Part shown: in pieces, positions 56,301-64,000 of the stretch
Layout: each line of letters begins with the position of its first letter
Position numbering within the stretch: position 1 is the first letter of the stretch
Source: Octopus bimaculoides
Lineage: Eukaryota
Length of the DNA stretch: 64,000 nucleotides
Direction of reading: 5' to 3'
Assembly: GCF_001194135.2 (NCBI RefSeq)
Contig: NC_068997.1
Location: 31,846,088 to 31,910,087, forward strand
Translations under genes and position numbers: made by a program
Notes under the pieces: model-generated
What the model was told of the DNA's origin: nothing
The model's input: the letters and a program-made list of their open reading frames with translations, nothing else
Database searches by the model: none

Positions 56301-59300
56301 TACTTTTTTAAGCCTAGTACTTATTCTATCAGTCTCTTTGTTGAACTGCTAAATTATATGGATGTAAACACACAAACACTAATTGTCAAGTGGTGGTGGG
56401 GGACAAACATAGATACACACATGTTGATATATATATATATATATATATACAGATATAGATATATACACCTATATATGACAGGTTTCTCTCAGTTTCCATC
56501 TACCAAATCCACTCACAAGGCTTTGGTCGACCCGAGGCTATAGTAGAAGACACTTGCTCAAGGTACCATGCATTGGGAGTGAACCTAGAACCATATGGCA
56601 GGAAAGCCTGTGCCTATGATATTCTTTTATTCTTTTACTTGTTTCAGTCATTTGACTGCGGCCATGCTGGAGCACCGCCTTTAGTTGAGTAAATCTACCC
56701 CAGGACTTAGTTGAACTAATCAATCCCAGTACTTTTTTAAGCCTAGTACTTATTCTATCAGTCTCTTTTGCCGAACCGCTAAGTTATGGAGATGTAAACA
56801 CACCAGCATCGGTTGTCAAGCAATGTTAGGGGGACAAAAACACACACACACACACACATGTATATATATATATATATACGACGAGCTTCTTTCAGTTTCC
56901 ATTTACCAAATCCACTCACAAGGCTTTGGTTGGCCCGAGGCTATAGTAGAAGACACTTGCCCAAAGTGCCACGCAGTGGGACTGAACCCGGAACCATGTG
57001 GCTGGTAAGCAAGCTACTTACCACACGGCCACTCCTACATCTGTGCATGATCAATTTAAAACAATATGTTGAAATAAGCATCACATTTCGCAGAATAATC
57101 TGAATGCTAAAGGATTAAAGGGGATTCATGATTAACAACTAAATGATCCTAATTTCAGTTCGTATTAGAATATCTTGCTTACCTAATCCCAATATTCCTT
57201 TGATCAAGCATATGATTATGCTTGAGCTCAAAGTTAATCAAAATTAAGATAAGCCATTTACTGACAAGGATTAACAGGATCAGAGTCATGCTACTTTACA
57301 TTATGATGCAAGTTTACATATTCAATTTCACATGCACAATATGAAGTATTTCACATGTTGTGTGGTACAATGCATAGTTAGCAGAGGAAAACATTTATTC
57401 TTTTCTTGCAGTAGCAGTGATGGAGTTTCAGAAACGATAGGATGATACACAAAATACATTGTAGCATATAATTATGCTTCTTTATAATCTGAAAGCAAAT
57501 TCTCTGATGGTCAACATGATTTTTCATCAACTTTGTTACGTTGATAAATGAGTAGAAAGTTTATATATGAGTATGGTGTTAATAGCACTTTGTAGCAAAG
57601 TGTTTATGCTTTTTTTCTTTTTTTTGTTCTTGTCTTTGGTCAGTAAGTGTTATTTCCTATTTGTTTCTATCTAGAAATCAAAGGAAATGTCTACTATTCC
57701 TTTCAGATTTTGCTTTTGTTACCTGAACATCAATGTTTTGAAACTTACCTATCTTCAATTACATTTCAGACTGATTCAGTGATGAGTTGCTGAAGCAGAA
57801 ATATTATAGCAAATATTCTGCTCAATACTACAGATTTGCTTGTCAGTTGCTTGACCTTAACCACTTAGTGGCTGACAATACATGCATCTCTGATCATGAG
57901 CAGGAGTAGTGGGGGAGCATCATAGCCATGTAATGAGAGGGATCCCCTGGAGTTTGAATTAATGTGACAAAAGCAAAACTTAAAAGAAATATTAACGATT
58001 TTTCATGTTTTCTTGAGTTAAGCAAATAGGAAGTAACTGTTGCTACCCAAGGACAAAAAATCGTGTTACTCAGTGTAATGACTAAGGGCTGATGAATGTG
58101 AATGGGGTTGATAAATGAGTATAGACTGAAGAGGATATGCGAATAAAAGAGGATAGATTTGATAAATGGGTGTTGAGATTGGTAAATGAGTACTTATTCA
58201 TACAGAGTATGAGATTTGTAAATAAGTATGATGTTGGCAAATGAGCATGAGGTTGGTGAATGAATGTGAACAGATATGGTAAATGAATGTAGGGTTGATA
58301 AATGAATGTGAGAGTGATGAATGAATATAAGAATGATGAGTAGTGAGGTGAGAAATGAGTAAGAGGTTTATATGTGAGTATTGGCATGATAAATAAATGT
58401 GGGATTGATAAGTGAGAACAAGGTTGATAGTGAAAATGCATGCCTTTCACACTGCTGCAATCCACTCAGCTGGCAAAAATGATTAGTACCTGTAATTCAA
58501 AGGGCCAGTCTTTGAATTCTGTGTCACACTGAATCTTCCTGAGAATTACATTAAGGGTATGCCTGTCTGTGGAGTGCTCAACCACTTGTACATTAATTTC
58601 ACAAGCAGGCTGTTCCATTTATCAGATCAACTGGAATCCTCACTGTCACAACCAATGGAGTGCCAGTTTTTTAAAAAATAAGGTTGATAAATGAGTACCA
58701 AGTTGACGAGTAAGGGGTTGATAAAATCAAATGCTTACAGTATTTATTGGGACCTTCCATATAAATAATGCGGTTTTTTAATATTTCTTTTATTTTTCAA
58801 AATTAAGATAAAGTTCTTTTTTAATCTAATGTATACTCTCCTTCATTTTCTTCAATGCTCTTCCATCTATCTGGTAGACTTGCAAGGCCCTTCTTCCAAA
58901 ATTCATTTGTCTATGATGAAAAGTACTCCTCCAGTACTCTTCTGACCTCATCTACAGAATTCATATTTTTCTGTCCAAATGATCTTGAAGACTGCAGAAT
59001 AAATGATAATCAGATGATGCAATGTCCAGCAAATATGGTGGGTGGGGCATCATTTCCCATTAAAACTACTCCAGCCTTTGGAAAGTCATCCTCGCTGTAT
59101 GTCACCAAGCATTATTTTGATGGAAGAACACCTTTCGTCTTGAAACCAAAGATGGTAGTTTTTTCTTCTACCACTGACTTAAGCCATTTAAGCTGCTCGA
59201 AGTAGATCTTCTTTGTTATTGCTTGGTTTGGCTTTAAAAGTTCAAAGTGGACTAAACCATTCATATCCCACCAAACAGATAACACCTTACGTGGGTGAAG

Positions 59301-60834
59301 ACCTTCTTAGCCTGGGGTGCCAGTGTTTCTCCTTTCCCTATCCACTGTCTTCAGCACTTGACATTTTTCATGAGACATGACAGCAAAGAAGAGCACACAT
59401 TCACTCTCTGTGCGTGAATAGACCTGGAAAGTTTGTGAGGAACCCATTGACCCAATTTGCTGACTTTTCCAATGTTGATGAATAGTTGAATGGCCAAATC
59501 CAAGCTCCTCTGCTTGTTCCTCAACAGTTATGGGATTTTGTTCCACCAGGGTTTGCAACATGTCCTCATCAAGCTCTACAGATCTTCCAGTACAAGGCTC
59601 ATCCTCTAAGCTGTAGTTTTTGACTCAGAATTTCTGGAACCACCGTTGACACTGGCTTACGCTTATTGTCCGATCTCCATATACTATATTAATGTTCCTC
59701 ACAATTTCCATTGCACTGTTGCCTTTTTTGAACTCCTAAAGCAAAATATGCTGAATATGTTCCTTTGTCACTTCCATTAAAGCTTTGAAAAAATATTAAA
59801 ATCGAACTGCACTCTTTAAAACTTGTACTAAGTATAAGAACAAGTTAAAATTACTACCTGCTTTTATAGCAAGTTGATGCAGGTAGTTTATCCCACACCT
59901 CTCCGACTTTTAGTTCATGCAATTGAAAAAAAACACGTTATTTATGGGATGACTCAATATTTACAGCACTTAATGTTCTGAGTTCAAATCTTGTTGAGGT
60001 CAACTCTGCCTTTCCACCCCCAGATGACAGGAGTGAGATCAATGAAATAAATTATCAGTTGATTAATTAACTTATAAAACATCCTTGATGCGAATGGAAT
60101 TATATTAAAAAATCCAAAGTACAAAAAATATACTGGAATCAAGTTGAATTTTTATTTTTTACTTGTTTCAGTCGTTGGACTGCAGCCAAACTGGTGTGCC
60201 ATCTTGAAGGTTTTAGTCAAACAAATTGACCCGAGGACTTATTTTTTAAGGTTAGTACTTACTCTATCAGTGTTTTTTGTTGAACTGCTGGTTGTTAAGC
60301 AGTGGAGGGAGAGAGAGAGATAGAGAGAGAGAGAGAGACAGAGAGAGAGAGACAGAGAGAGAGAGAGAGAAAAGACATGCTTCTTTCAATTTCTCTTTAT
60401 CAAATCCTCTCATACGGCTTTGGTCAGTTTGGAGCAATAGCAGAAAACATTTGCCCAAAGAACCATTCAGTGGGACTGAACCTAGGATTGTGTGGTTGGG
60501 AGGCAAACGTCTCACCATGCAGCCAAGCTAATGCATCCACACAGCCATGCTTTTTGCACAAATTCTTGATGTTGTTGTGCCAATGTAAGAAATTGTTGTT
60601 ATCAAACCTCACATCAGTCCAGTAACATTTCCTCAACAGTAACAATATAACAGGATCTACTTACCAATATTATTTGGTGTGATAATCCAGTGTTGCTGTC
60701 TTTTAAGAAAGAATAATGATTTTGTATACAATGCTGATGGTGGTTGGAGAGCAGCGTGAAGGGTTCCAGTATTCTTGGTGAAGATGCACAGTTGAGTGTT
60801 GTGTTCTTTTCTCAAGAATTCAAGCAGAATTCTT
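1057..60834 (-). CDS. Multi-exon dynein heavy chain-like gene, N-terminal tail (DHC_N1) portion; partial at both ends; 13 exons, 1975 nt coding
   Basis: Exons join(60665-60834, 54099-54292, 50391-50516, 38153-38374, 31699-31847, 24921-25032, 22173-22294, 20502-20678, 16175-16406, 15317-15436, 7841-8008, 7134-7237, 1057-1135). All have AG/GT ends and matching phases, with no stops. Recalled DHC_N1-like motifs occur in colinear order: [102 protein letters not shown]. Paralog not assignable by eye. Confidence 0.88.
2005..5370 (+). mobile_element. 5'-truncated RTE-clade LINE (APE endonuclease plus reverse transcriptase), pseudogenised, with a tandem-repeat 3' UTR
   Basis: [69 protein letters not shown]; many stops; about 50-bp repeats at 5010-5260. 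Confidence 0.92.
5631..6003 (-). mobile_element. tRNA-derived SINE, family 1 (octopus-type)
   Basis: Matches many copies in the window (e.g. 6468-6631, 11240-11605, 14323-14760, 28158-28535, 53470-53925, 56622-57040, 60158-60548), with an internal (TA)/(CA) tract. Confidence 0.85.
7134..7237 (-). CDS. DHC-like exon: [34 protein letters not shown](S)
   Basis: Acceptor catacttgtag|AAA and donor AG|gtaaga; 104 nt, phase 0 to 2. Confidence 0.88.
7841..8008 (-). CDS. DHC-like exon: [56 protein letters not shown]
   Basis: Acceptor caatctttag|AGA and donor CAG|gtattt; 168 nt, phase 0 to 0. Equivalent of the N.PPVAG.I.W motif. Confidence 0.9.
8280..8500 (-). mobile_element. CORE-type SINE remnant
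   Basis: Reverse complement shows a decayed tRNA head followed by a GTTGTGAGCTTGAGCAAAATACTT...GCTCCAGTCCAC core-like block; related copy at about 17490-17610. Confidence 0.6.
9226..9489 (+). mobile_element. Foldback element with two decayed hammerhead-like motifs (Penelope-like terminal-repeat derivative), 12-bp TSD
   Basis: Inverted arms at about 9226-9322 and 9358-9455; GACAC-CTGATGA-A-GGCCG..CAGCT-GAAAC at 9365-9402; flanks aacccgaatata (9214-9225) and aacctgaatata (9490-9501). Confidence 0.65.
12843..13067. mobile_element. About 220-bp MITE with TTAACCCTTT...AAAGGGTTAA ends (piggyBac-like termini)
   Basis: Same family at 15894-16116 and 54603-54801, and split by SINE insertions at 53290-53969 and about 56085-57118. 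Confidence 0.7.
13745..14062 (+). mobile_element. Mariner 3' fragment with TIR
   Basis: [16 protein letters not shown] motif; ends in TTTGACTTACCCTC. Confidence 0.75.
14323..14760 (-). mobile_element. tRNA-derived SINE, family 1, near full length
   Basis: A/B-box-like head at about 14700-14760 on the minus strand; family-specific tail (TAAAAGAG)n. Confidence 0.88.
14919..15114. mobile_element. hAT (Charlie-like) MITE
   Basis: TIRs CAGTGGTTCTCAAC and GTTGAGAAACACCTG around an AT-rich core; no clear TSD. Confidence 0.65.
15317..15436 (-). CDS. DHC-like exon: [40 protein letters not shown]
   Basis: Acceptor tttcattacag|AGT and donor AAG|gtaggt; 120 nt, phase 0 to 0. Confidence 0.9.
16175..16406 (-). 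CDS. DHC-like exon: [77 protein letters not shown]
   Basis: Acceptor ctctgtctttctag|A and donor AAG|gtaaga; 232 nt, phase 2 to 0. Strongest DHC_N1 resemblance (RC.D..EL....F..L....IGG). Confidence 0.92.
16552..17209. mobile_element. Long-TIR non-autonomous element containing a nested insertion (16593-16738)
   Basis: Ends GGTAGAATTCTGCTTTAAG and CTTAAAGCAGAATTCTGCC with about 120 bp of decayed TIR; nested piece flanked by taactcctcataa at 16580-16592 and 16739-16751. Confidence 0.65.
18020..19000 (+). mobile_element. RTE LINE 3' fragment
   Basis: [21 protein letters not shown]-terminal motif, same 3' UTR as 2005-5370, (GAT)n tail. Confidence 0.85.
19800..20445 (+). mobile_element. RTE 3' UTR fragment with about 21-bp tandem repeats and a long (GAT)n tail
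   Basis: Repeats of TGCCATGTAAAATGCACTTG-like units at 19980-20230; conserved CAACCCATGCCAGCATGGAAA end. Similar ends at 23000-23425, 38560-38960, 41500-41700 and 61540-61990 (minus). Confidence 0.8.
20502..20678 (-). CDS. DHC-like exon: [58 protein letters not shown](R)
   Basis: Long pyrimidine tract with acceptor ttatttgaaag|A and donor AG|gtaaga; 177 nt, phase 2 to 2. Confidence 0.85.
22173..22294 (-). CDS. DHC-like exon: [40 protein letters not shown](I)
   Basis: Acceptor ttttgtcatttag|TCA and donor AT|gtgagt; 122 nt, phase 0 to 2. Confidence 0.88.
23500..24760 (+). mobile_element. Decayed mariner transposon
   Basis: Left TIR ...GATACCCAAAAGTAACC; [42 protein letters not shown] (YSPDL-equivalent). 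Confidence 0.85.
24921..25032 (-). CDS. DHC-like exon: [37 protein letters not shown]
   Basis: Acceptor gattttaaag|G and donor ACT|gtaagt; 112 nt, phase 2 to 0. Confidence 0.88.
26232..28683 (-). mobile_element. MULE (Mutator-like) DNA transposon with decayed FLYWCH-like and MULE DDE transposase, tandem-repeat TIRs and an 11-bp TSD
   Basis: Minus-strand [40 protein letters not shown]; GACAATTGCATCCCCA arrays at 26239-26330 and inverted at 28590-28681; tggcacaacat at 26221-26231 and 28684-28694. Confidence 0.88.
28158..28535 (+). mobile_element. Family-1 SINE nested in the MULE
   Basis: A-box TAGCTGAGTGG and B-box GGTTCAATCCC; sits between the transposase 5' end and the right TIR. Confidence 0.85.
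29690..29870 (+). mobile_element. tRNA-derived SINE, family 2
   Basis: GGCGGCAAGCTGGCCGAAAC head and GTTCAAAT..CCAAGGTCGACTTCGCCTTTCATCC body; other copies at about 13320-13745 (minus), 31890-32045, 49500-49700 (minus), 55430-55570. Confidence 0.75.
30043..30808 (+). mobile_element. Internally deleted mariner with both TIRs
   Basis: N-terminal [18 protein letters not shown] fused directly to [18 protein letters not shown]; TIRs ATGAGGCGGTATCAAAAACTTCC and GGAACTTTTGATAACTTTGTAT. Confidence 0.85.
31699..31847 (-). CDS. DHC-like exon: [49 protein letters not shown](T)
   Basis: Acceptor ttttttaaatag|GTT and donor AC|gtaagt; 149 nt, phase 0 to 2. Confidence 0.88.
33700..34435 (+). mobile_element. 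maT/DD37D (Tc1-mariner) transposase, 5' part
   Basis: HTH region [13 protein letters not shown] and [20 protein letters not shown]; truncated at a (TA)n tract. Confidence 0.8.
34466..37205. repeat. 199-bp inverted repeat pair (34466-34664 and 37007-37205) enclosing two assembly gaps
   Basis: Direct alignment by eye: about 7 mismatches in 199 bp. Confidence 0.9.
37480..37838. repeat. Foldback (inverted repeat), arms about 140 bp, spacer about 80 bp
   Basis: GAAAGCAGAAGGTGGAGACTTTCAGATGATGAATTTTTAAGTATAAATA pairs with 37697-37745; decayed pairing extends outward. Confidence 0.85.
38153..38374 (-). CDS. DHC-like exon: [74 protein letters not shown]
   Basis: Acceptor ttttattttag|ACA and donor CAA|gtgagt; 222 nt, phase 0 to 0. 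Confidence 0.88.
39640..40745 (+). mobile_element. R4/Dong-like RLE retroposon 3' region, split by a nested RTE
   Basis: Decayed [25 protein letters not shown] region and VIPVII.ALGSIPK; after the insertion [25 protein letters not shown]. Confidence 0.75.
40127..40641 (+). mobile_element. 5'-truncated RTE insertion with a 20-bp TSD
   Basis: [30 protein letters not shown]; flanks taatagttggacataaagat (40107-40126) and taatagttggatgtaaagat (40642-40661). Confidence 0.8.
41840..42125 (+). mobile_element. R4/Dong-like RLE 3' end embedded in (AAT)n
   Basis: [10 protein letters not shown]...[19 protein letters not shown], short 3' UTR, then (AAT)n. Confidence 0.8.
42126..42650 (+). mobile_element. 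Non-coding (AAT)n-associated interspersed repeat
   Basis: Partial homologues at about 25770-25910 (minus) and 57760-57960; ends in CACTGCTCTCTCACTCA then (AAT)n. Confidence 0.65.
42690..43010 (+). mobile_element. Second R4/Dong-like RLE 3' end with (AAT)n tail
   Basis: [12 protein letters not shown]...[12 protein letters not shown]; (AAT)n at 42977-43010. Confidence 0.65.
43380..44240 (+). mobile_element. Possible highly decayed Penelope-like element
   Basis: CTGATGAGGTC motif at 43403 followed by AT-rich coding-like remnants; 43921-44220 weakly resembles a GIY-YIG C-terminal region. Confidence 0.3.
45581..45947. repeat. Foldback, arms about 175 bp, 23-nt loop
   Basis: The inner about 50 bp (GACATGAGCATAATATCATCAGAGGAAAAAAGATGTACCCTAGGATGCTA) is a perfect inverted repeat; outer arms are decayed. 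Confidence 0.92.
46090..47370 (-). mobile_element. maT/DD37D transposon, decayed
   Basis: [69 protein letters not shown]. Confidence 0.85.
48394..48805 (-). mobile_element. CRE-clade-like non-LTR retroposon, restriction-like endonuclease (RLE) C-terminal fragment
   Basis: [56 protein letters not shown] resembles the WDxTxxDT...K..KY...ExxG...QR.S.A.QRGNA pattern. Confidence 0.75.
48979..49320 (+). mobile_element. CORE-type tRNA SINE, near full length
   Basis: A-box TAGCTCAGTGG, B-box GAGTTTGATTCC, core-like GTTGTGTTCCTGAACAAGACA...CACTCAGCTGTAGAAATGAGT; related remnant at 58440-58670. Confidence 0.75.
50391..50516 (-). CDS. DHC-like exon: [42 protein letters not shown]
   Basis: Acceptor aattttag|GGA and donor AAG|gtaaat; 126 nt, phase 0 to 0. 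Resembles the G.T.LP.P...LE..II.W..QIK segment. Confidence 0.85.
50742..51068. mobile_element. MITE with CAGGGCTGGATTAA-type ends
   Basis: cagcactgggttaa at the left and ttaatccagccctg at the right. Confidence 0.45.
54099..54292 (-). CDS. DHC-like exon: (D)[64 protein letters not shown]
   Basis: Acceptor tttttcacag|AT and donor AAA|gtaaat; 194 nt, phase 1 to 0. Absent from the ORF track. Confidence 0.85.
58082..58440 (+). repeat. Degenerate about 20-bp minisatellite (GAGGTTGATAAATGAGTAT-like)
   Basis: Recurring GTTGATAAATGA units; the same motif occurs inside family-2 SINEs. Confidence 0.6.
58745..59959 (-). mobile_element. Decayed mariner with both TIRs
   Basis: TIRs TATTGGGACCTTCCATATAAATAATGCGG and (rc) TATTGAGTCATCCCATAAATAACGTG; [49 protein letters not shown]-like motif. 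Confidence 0.85.
60665..60834 (-). CDS. DHC-like exon (most 5' one found): [56 protein letters not shown]
   Basis: Acceptor ttgtatag|A (an alternative NAG lies 3 nt downstream) and donor ATTG|gtaagt. Ends in phase 1, matching the next exon. Confidence 0.8.
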
Positions 60835-62233
60835 CTATACAAATTTATGAAACATAATTATGACAATTAAAATTAATATAATCAAGAAAGGAAAGGTAGA
60901 CAGACATCATCTTTTCTGATTAAATGATTAACAAATATAAAATTTTAGTAAATTCTTATAAAAAGTCATTCAAACTGCTAGAAATTCCAGCCAAATCTTA
61001 TCTAAAAATGAAAGCATATATTGAATAATGTAATACGAGTTATATTAATCCTGAATAAAAGTGGAATGATCATAGCTAGAACCCTTTAGTCATAGGTCCA
61101 CATTATAATGGTTTCACCAGAAGTAAATAACACGCACTACATTTCTATAATCACAGCAATAGGAAACAGTGCCATTCATAACATCACACCTACAGGATAC
61201 ACTACAATTATATTTACAGTATTTGTCTATTAGAGTACAGACATTTTCATTCCAGGCCTTGATAATTATATCTGGATAGTTTGCCTCATCAGACTGGAGA
61301 GAAATGTTGAGATTGTAGCTAGGTTGCTGCCCTATACCCTGCTTGCTGCATCAGTCTGTCTACATAGATAGGCAGCCATCAGTTTCAAAAGACCATGGAT
61401 CTGCACCTGGAGAATTTTGTCGGCTGCTGATGATAGTGCCGCATTTGCTGTGGCTGTACAGGCCCATATGGAAGTGGCAGTCTTGCAGTTGAAAAAGCAC
61501 CCCCTCTCTTTTTCTACAGATATATGGAGAGCTTACTTTCATCATCATCATCATCATTTAATGTCCGCTTTCCATGCTAGCATGGGTTGGATGATTTGAC
61601 TGAGGACTGGGGAACCAGATGGCTACACCAGGCTCCAATCTGATCTGGCAAAGTTTCTACAGCTGGATGCCCTTCCTAACGCCAACCACTCCGAGAGTGT
61701 AGTGGGTGCTTTTACGTGCCACTGACACGAAGGCCAGTCAGGCGGTACTGGCATCGGCCACACTCAAAATGGTGTAGTTTATGTGCCACCTGCACAGGAG
61801 CCAGTCCAACGGCACTGGCAACAATCTCACTCGAATGTCTTTTCACGTGCTACCGGCACAAGTGCCAGGAAGGTAATGCTGGTAACGATCACGCTCAAAT
61901 GGTGCTATTTACGTGCCACCGGTACAGAAGCCAGACAGCTGCTCTGGCAACAATCACGCTCGAACAGTGCTCTTAGCGCTCCACTGGTACAGGTGCCATC
62001 ACTCAAAACCGGATATGTGCATCAGAATGACTTCTGAGTAATTGTTTAAAACAACTTGAATATATTTGATTTTGATTGGAAGACTAAGATTCGCCTACTC
62101 TCTATATGGCATCTATCCCAGTTTGGCTGAACAAAATTTCATGTGTGCAAAGCCAGCAGCTTGTAGATTGTGTTTTAATGGTTATTATGAAATTGACCAA
62201 ATATGCACTTTTATTGGGTTTGAAAGTAAGCTT

Positions 62234-62325
<92 letters not shown>

Positions 62326-62439
62326 CATACACACACACACACACACATCATGTAGATTATGGCTGGGAAATAACAGTTTACTGAAATTAGCTGCCCTCAG
62401 CTTCAACCACAGCCTCAAGACAGCTCCCAAAACTAGCAA

Positions 62440-62640
62440 ATGTGTTCCTCACTATGTCTGTGGGAAGATCTTCAAACACTTCCTTCATCTTGGCCATCAG
62501 TTTGGCCTTGATGTTGCAGGTAGAGCAGTTAGTGTCTTTCTCAACCACACCTCACAAATAGTCCATAGGATTACAATCGGAGGAATTAGGAAGCCAGAAA
62601 GTAGGGCTGGTGAAGTTGTAGAAATTCTCCAACAATTACC
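62440..62640 (-). mobile_element. maT/DD37D 3' fragment
   Basis: PNSSDCNPMDYL*GVVEKDTNCSTCNIKAKLMAKMKEVF. Confidence 0.75.
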
Positions 62641-62641
62641 T

Positions 62642-62890
62642 CTAACTCTTGAATGCAGTATATGCCAGTAGGTTTGCAAATCCAACGGAGGCCTCAAAAG
62701 ACATCTTAAGATCCACAAAGATCAGAACTTATCTGCAGGTCTTGGTGGTCCAAATCAGAGGTGCAATTTATGTGGGTGCTTTTTCAGAACATTGTCTGGT
62801 TTAAAAAGCCACCTCAGACACCATAATGGTGCTAAGGTGTAGCTACAGGGGGTGGACAAACTCTGTATATGGAGTAGGCGACCACCTTAT
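62642..62890 (+). mobile_element. LINE-like 3' end encoding two C2H2 zinc fingers
   Basis: LTLECSICQ*VCKSNGGLKRHLKIHKDQNLSAGLGGPNQRCNLCGCFFRTLSGLKSHLRHHNGAKV* (62642-62842), then a short UTR running into a gap. Confidence 0.65.
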
Positions 62891-62909
62891 NNNNNNNNNN
62901 AGTTCCTGC

Positions 62910-64000
62910 CGCTTTCTATAATTTAAATTCTTTAAGAAGTTTAATAGAAAATAACAACTAATTAATCAATAATGTATTCACCCTTGTTGTTTACAACTTC
63001 TTCCCAACAAGATTTTCAATACCTTGTTGGTAGAAATCACCCGATTTTGACTTGAAATATTGATCCAACCAAGCTCTCAATTCTGCATCAGGATTGAATG
63101 AAACTCTGCGCATAGCATTTGAAAGAGATTGAAAGAGGTGGAAATCCATTGGTGCCAAATCAGGACAGTACGGTCGGTGTGGCAGCACTTCCCAGCCTTG
63201 CGTTTGAATGGCTTCCTTTGTCATATTGGTGAAATGAGGGCAGCTGTTGCCATGCAGCAGAAGAACTCCATGCTGATGATTAGGTCTTTTCTCTTGAATA
63301 GGCATGTTGAGTTGTTCTATCTGTTGAACACAGAGTTCTGCATTGACCATTTGGTTCTGTTCAAGCAATTGATAATGGATAATCCCTTCCCAGTCCCACC
63401 ATACACATAACATCGTTTTACATGGATGAAGATCTTGTTCCACACACGGTGTCACTTGTTTACCGGGACTAAGCCATTCCTAACACTGCTTCATATTGAT
63501 GTACAGGCACCATTTTTCGTCGCCAGTAACGATTCAGTAAAGAAATCATTGCTTGTGTCCATGAGTTGAGCGGTGATAAGCAAGCAAACCAGCAGAGATT
63601 GTGGCTCATTGATTTTTGTTGTTGTCACTTAAAGCATCCGAAACCCATGCTCCAGACTTCTAAATCTTTCCCATCGAGTGAAGAAGCTTCTTTATAGCAG
63701 TGTGGGAGCATTCCATTTTCTCTGCTAGTTCCCTTGTCATTTGACGAGAATTTTCGTGCAAAAGTTGGTTTAATTGCTCTTCATCGAACTCAACTGGACG
63801 GCCAGAACAAGGTGCGTCTTCGAAGTCAAAATTTCCATTTTTGAACTTGGCATACCAATCACGAGCGGTTCTTTCATCTATGGCACTCTCTCCACACACA
63901 GCACAAATGTCAGGAGTAGCTTTTGCAGCCTTAGAACCTTGATTAAAAGCAAAAACAAGGAGGTGTCGTAAATGCTCATTTTTCTTAACCTGACATTCCA
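62910..64000 (-). mobile_element. Mariner (Mos1-like) transposase, decayed, 5' partial
   Basis: WYAKFKNGNFD.EDAPCSGRP, MLCVWWDWEGIIHYQLL, HRPYCPDLAPMDFHLF. Confidence 0.9.

Noticed and set aside
60835-64000. Search for the dynein start exon upstream of 60834
   Set aside because: No phase-2-ending exon with credible splice sites was found; the region is TE-derived, so the 5' exon probably lies outside the window.

Overview
AT-rich, repeat-dense eukaryotic genomic DNA from a gapped draft assembly. The SINE, RTE and microsatellite repertoire resembles an octopus (coleoid cephalopod) genome; this is an inference. Almost the whole window is the intron-exon body of one minus-strand gene that the ORF track largely misses. 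I found 13 coding exons (60834 down to 1057) by hand. All have GT-AG ends, every intron phase matches, and they splice into an uninterrupted frame of about 658 codons. The product resembles the N-terminal tail (DHC_N1 region) of a dynein heavy chain, strongly diverged and carrying an apparent insertion of about 40 aa. The gene starts beyond 64000 (or its first exon was not recognised) and continues below position 1. The introns are filled with decayed mobile elements: RTE LINEs, R4/Dong-like and CRE-like RLE retroposon ends, Penelope-like foldbacks with decayed hammerhead motifs, mariner and maT/DD37D transposons, a MULE with an 11-bp TSD, MITEs, several tRNA-derived SINE families and microsatellites. 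There are no CRISPR arrays, rRNA or true tRNA genes. Most ORF-track entries are microsatellite, N-gap or TE artefacts.
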